Below, one piece after another: positions 62,750 through 64,000 of a DNA stretch of 64,000 bases (position 1 is its first letter; each line of letters starts with the position of its first letter). The DNA is from an uncultured Pseudomonadota bacterium. GTDB taxonomy: Bacteria; Pseudomonadota; Gammaproteobacteria; Burkholderiales; CAIKXV01. The DNA is taken from positions 5,116 through 69,115 of the forward strand of contig CAIKXV010000168.1 of NCBI GenBank assembly GCA_903831455.1, written 5' to 3'. Made by a program: the position numbers and the translations under genes. Below the pieces are notes generated by a model. That model was not told the DNA's origin. It saw nothing but the letters and a program-made list of their open reading frames with translations, and made no database searches.

Positions 62750-63583
62750 TTAGAACGTCTTCTGGACACCCAGGGTCCAGGTGGAGTCGCCGATGTTGCG
62801 GCGGAAGTTGTTGTTCCAGATGACGCTACCGTCGCGCGCCGTGCCGTCGGCGTTGGTGCGGGTGTACATCAGGCTGAAGTTGAGCCCGAACAGTTCCTTG
62901 GTCACGCCCAGGCGGTAGTCGGTGTAGTCGTAGCAGGCGTTGGTGCAGCCGGACGCCGCCGGCCACAGCGCGGCGTTCGTGCCCTTGAAGCGCTGCTTGC
63001 CGTAGTGGGCGACGAGGTTGAAGCCCGAATCACCCAGCGGCAGGGTGGCGGTCAGGTCCAGGTAGTCGCTGCCCTTCGAGTCGGCCACGCCGAAGGTGTC
63101 GCCCAGGCTGTAGGAGTACTTGGCGGCCAGGAACTTCCAGCTCGCGCCGAGGTAGATCTCGTTGGTGTCGGGCTTGACGACGCCGGCCGGCAGTCCGGCG
63201 GTCGGCGTGCGGCCGGGGTAGTTGTAGCGCAGGAAGCCGACGTCGAAGGTGACGTCGCCCACCGGCATCTTGAAGCCGAGATAGGTATCGACTTCCAGCG
63301 AGTAGCTGCCACCGGTGAAGGAGGCATCGGTCAACCACGACACGTTCGAACCCCAGACGCCGGCATAGAAACCGCTGGCATGCGCGTAGTCGAACCCGCC
63401 TTGCAGGGCCGGCTTGCCGTCGGTCTGGGTCAGGCCGCGGAAGATGTACTGGCTGAACAGGCCGACGTTGCCGGTGAACGTGTGGGGAGAGGCGGGGGCG
63501 GCACCCTGGGCCATCACCGCGGCCGGGGCGGCGAAGGCGGCGGCCACGGTCGCGGCCAGCAGGGACTTCTGGATTCGTTTCAT
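62750..63583 (-). CDS. TorF-family putative outer-membrane porin
   Basis: 277 aa. Signal peptide, then TFTGNVGLFSQYIFRGLTQTDGKPALQGGFDY...GFYAGVWGSNV... and C-terminal ..GVQKTF. This family commonly precedes glnK-amtB. Confidence 0.8.
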   Translation of the reverse strand: MKRIQKSLLAATVAAAFAAPAAVMAQGAAPASPHTFTGNVGLFSQYIFRGLTQTDGKPALQGGFDYAHASGFYAGVWGSNVSWLTDASFTGGSYSLEVDTYLGFKMPVGDVTFDVGFLRYNYPGRTPTAGLPAGVVKPDTNEIYLGASWKFLAAKYSYSLGDTFGVADSKGSDYLDLTATLPLGDSGFNLVAHYGKQRFKGTNAALWPAASGCTNACYDYTDYRLGVTKELFGLNFSLMYTRTNADGTARDGSVIWNNNFRRNIGDSTWTLGVQKTF

Positions 63584-63637
63584 GAGGGGGCTCCTGGAAG
63601 AAGAGTGGTCCGTTGCGAGTGAACGCGACCGACTCGT

Positions 63638-63654
63638 AGCAGAAGCTGTGCCAA
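63638..63654 (-). promoter_or_regulatory. Sigma-54 (-24/-12) promoter for torF-glnK-amtB
   Basis: Minus strand reads TTGGCACAGCTTCTGCT (TGGCAC-N5-cTGC versus consensus TGGCAC-N5-TTGC). It lies about 55-70 nt upstream of the porin ATG. Confidence 0.7.
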
Positions 63655-63715
63655 GCCGGGAAATGTTTGCGGATCAGCAGGTTGATGGACCTCCTGCCGT
63701 GCTCGTTCCGGGCCT

Positions 63716-63732
63716 TGCACCGTTCTGGTGCA
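63716..63732. promoter_or_regulatory. NtrC enhancer-binding site
   Basis: TGCACCGTTCTGGTGCA, a perfect TGCACC-N5-GGTGCA palindrome about 70 bp upstream of the sigma-54 element. A weak IHF-like ATCAGcaggTTG lies between them (63673..63684). Confidence 0.7.
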
Positions 63733-64000
63733 ATGACTTCGCCCTGCGCGCGCTCCCGGTGCGTTGCGGAAACGAGACGTTCCTCGCTCGTCCCCGCTGA
63801 TGCGAACGCGACAGTCGGCGCTTGCCGCCGGAATGTCGTCCGTCCCGTTGCGTATCGGACACAGTCGTCAGGTTGCACGGCATCGGCCGACAGCGCCCGA
63901 TTTCGCGCTGCAGGCGCGGGATGCGGCGCGGCGAGGGGCGAGATCCGCCCCCTATACTCGCCCGTGTCGTCGTCTCGACTGCAGCCTGCGCGACGACGGC

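Overview
High-GC (about 70%) chromosomal segment that looks betaproteobacterial and Burkholderiales-like. Supporting context: three orphan Bug/TctC binding proteins, mreBCD-mrdA-rodA-rlpA divergent from gatCAB, and a gshA-gshB-EIIA(Man)-ptsH-ptsI string. I call about 57 protein genes, densely packed, many with overlapping stop/start codons. I saw no rRNA, tRNA, CRISPR array, IS element or prophage. Most of the window is housekeeping: lipid A acyltransferase, dapF, xerC, rlmI, hslVU, cell-shape genes, gatCAB, pyrE, xthA, ampG, metXW, glnK-amtB. Two accessory-like metal blocks stand out. (1) A zinc-acquisition supercluster at 5.3-15.0 kb: tonB, znuCBA, zur, a MacB-like ABC ATPase + FtsX permease + DUF3299 module, and a ZnuD-like TonB-dependent receptor. 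The FtsX permease carries a His-rich periplasmic insert resembling the ZnuA loop, and an 11-nt motif is shared by two promoter regions. (2) A heavy-metal two-component/RND efflux block at 30.0-39.6 kb. Its membrane-fusion protein has an unusual ~230-aa N-terminal extension (an extra periplasmic domain plus two TM helices). A downstream Tat-exported small protein shares a sequence motif with that extension, and a DUF305 protein follows. The RND pump gene carries a 1-nt frameshift. Other items: a second 1-nt frameshift in a GNAT gene, a candidate SAM-II-type riboswitch plus terminator ahead of metX, a textbook NtrC/sigma-54 region ahead of torF-glnK-amtB, and a 50-bp tandem repeat between gshA and gshB. 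All functional calls come from reading the translated ORFs and motifs by eye; no database search was run. Start codons are often uncertain, and motif coordinates may be off by 1-2 nt.
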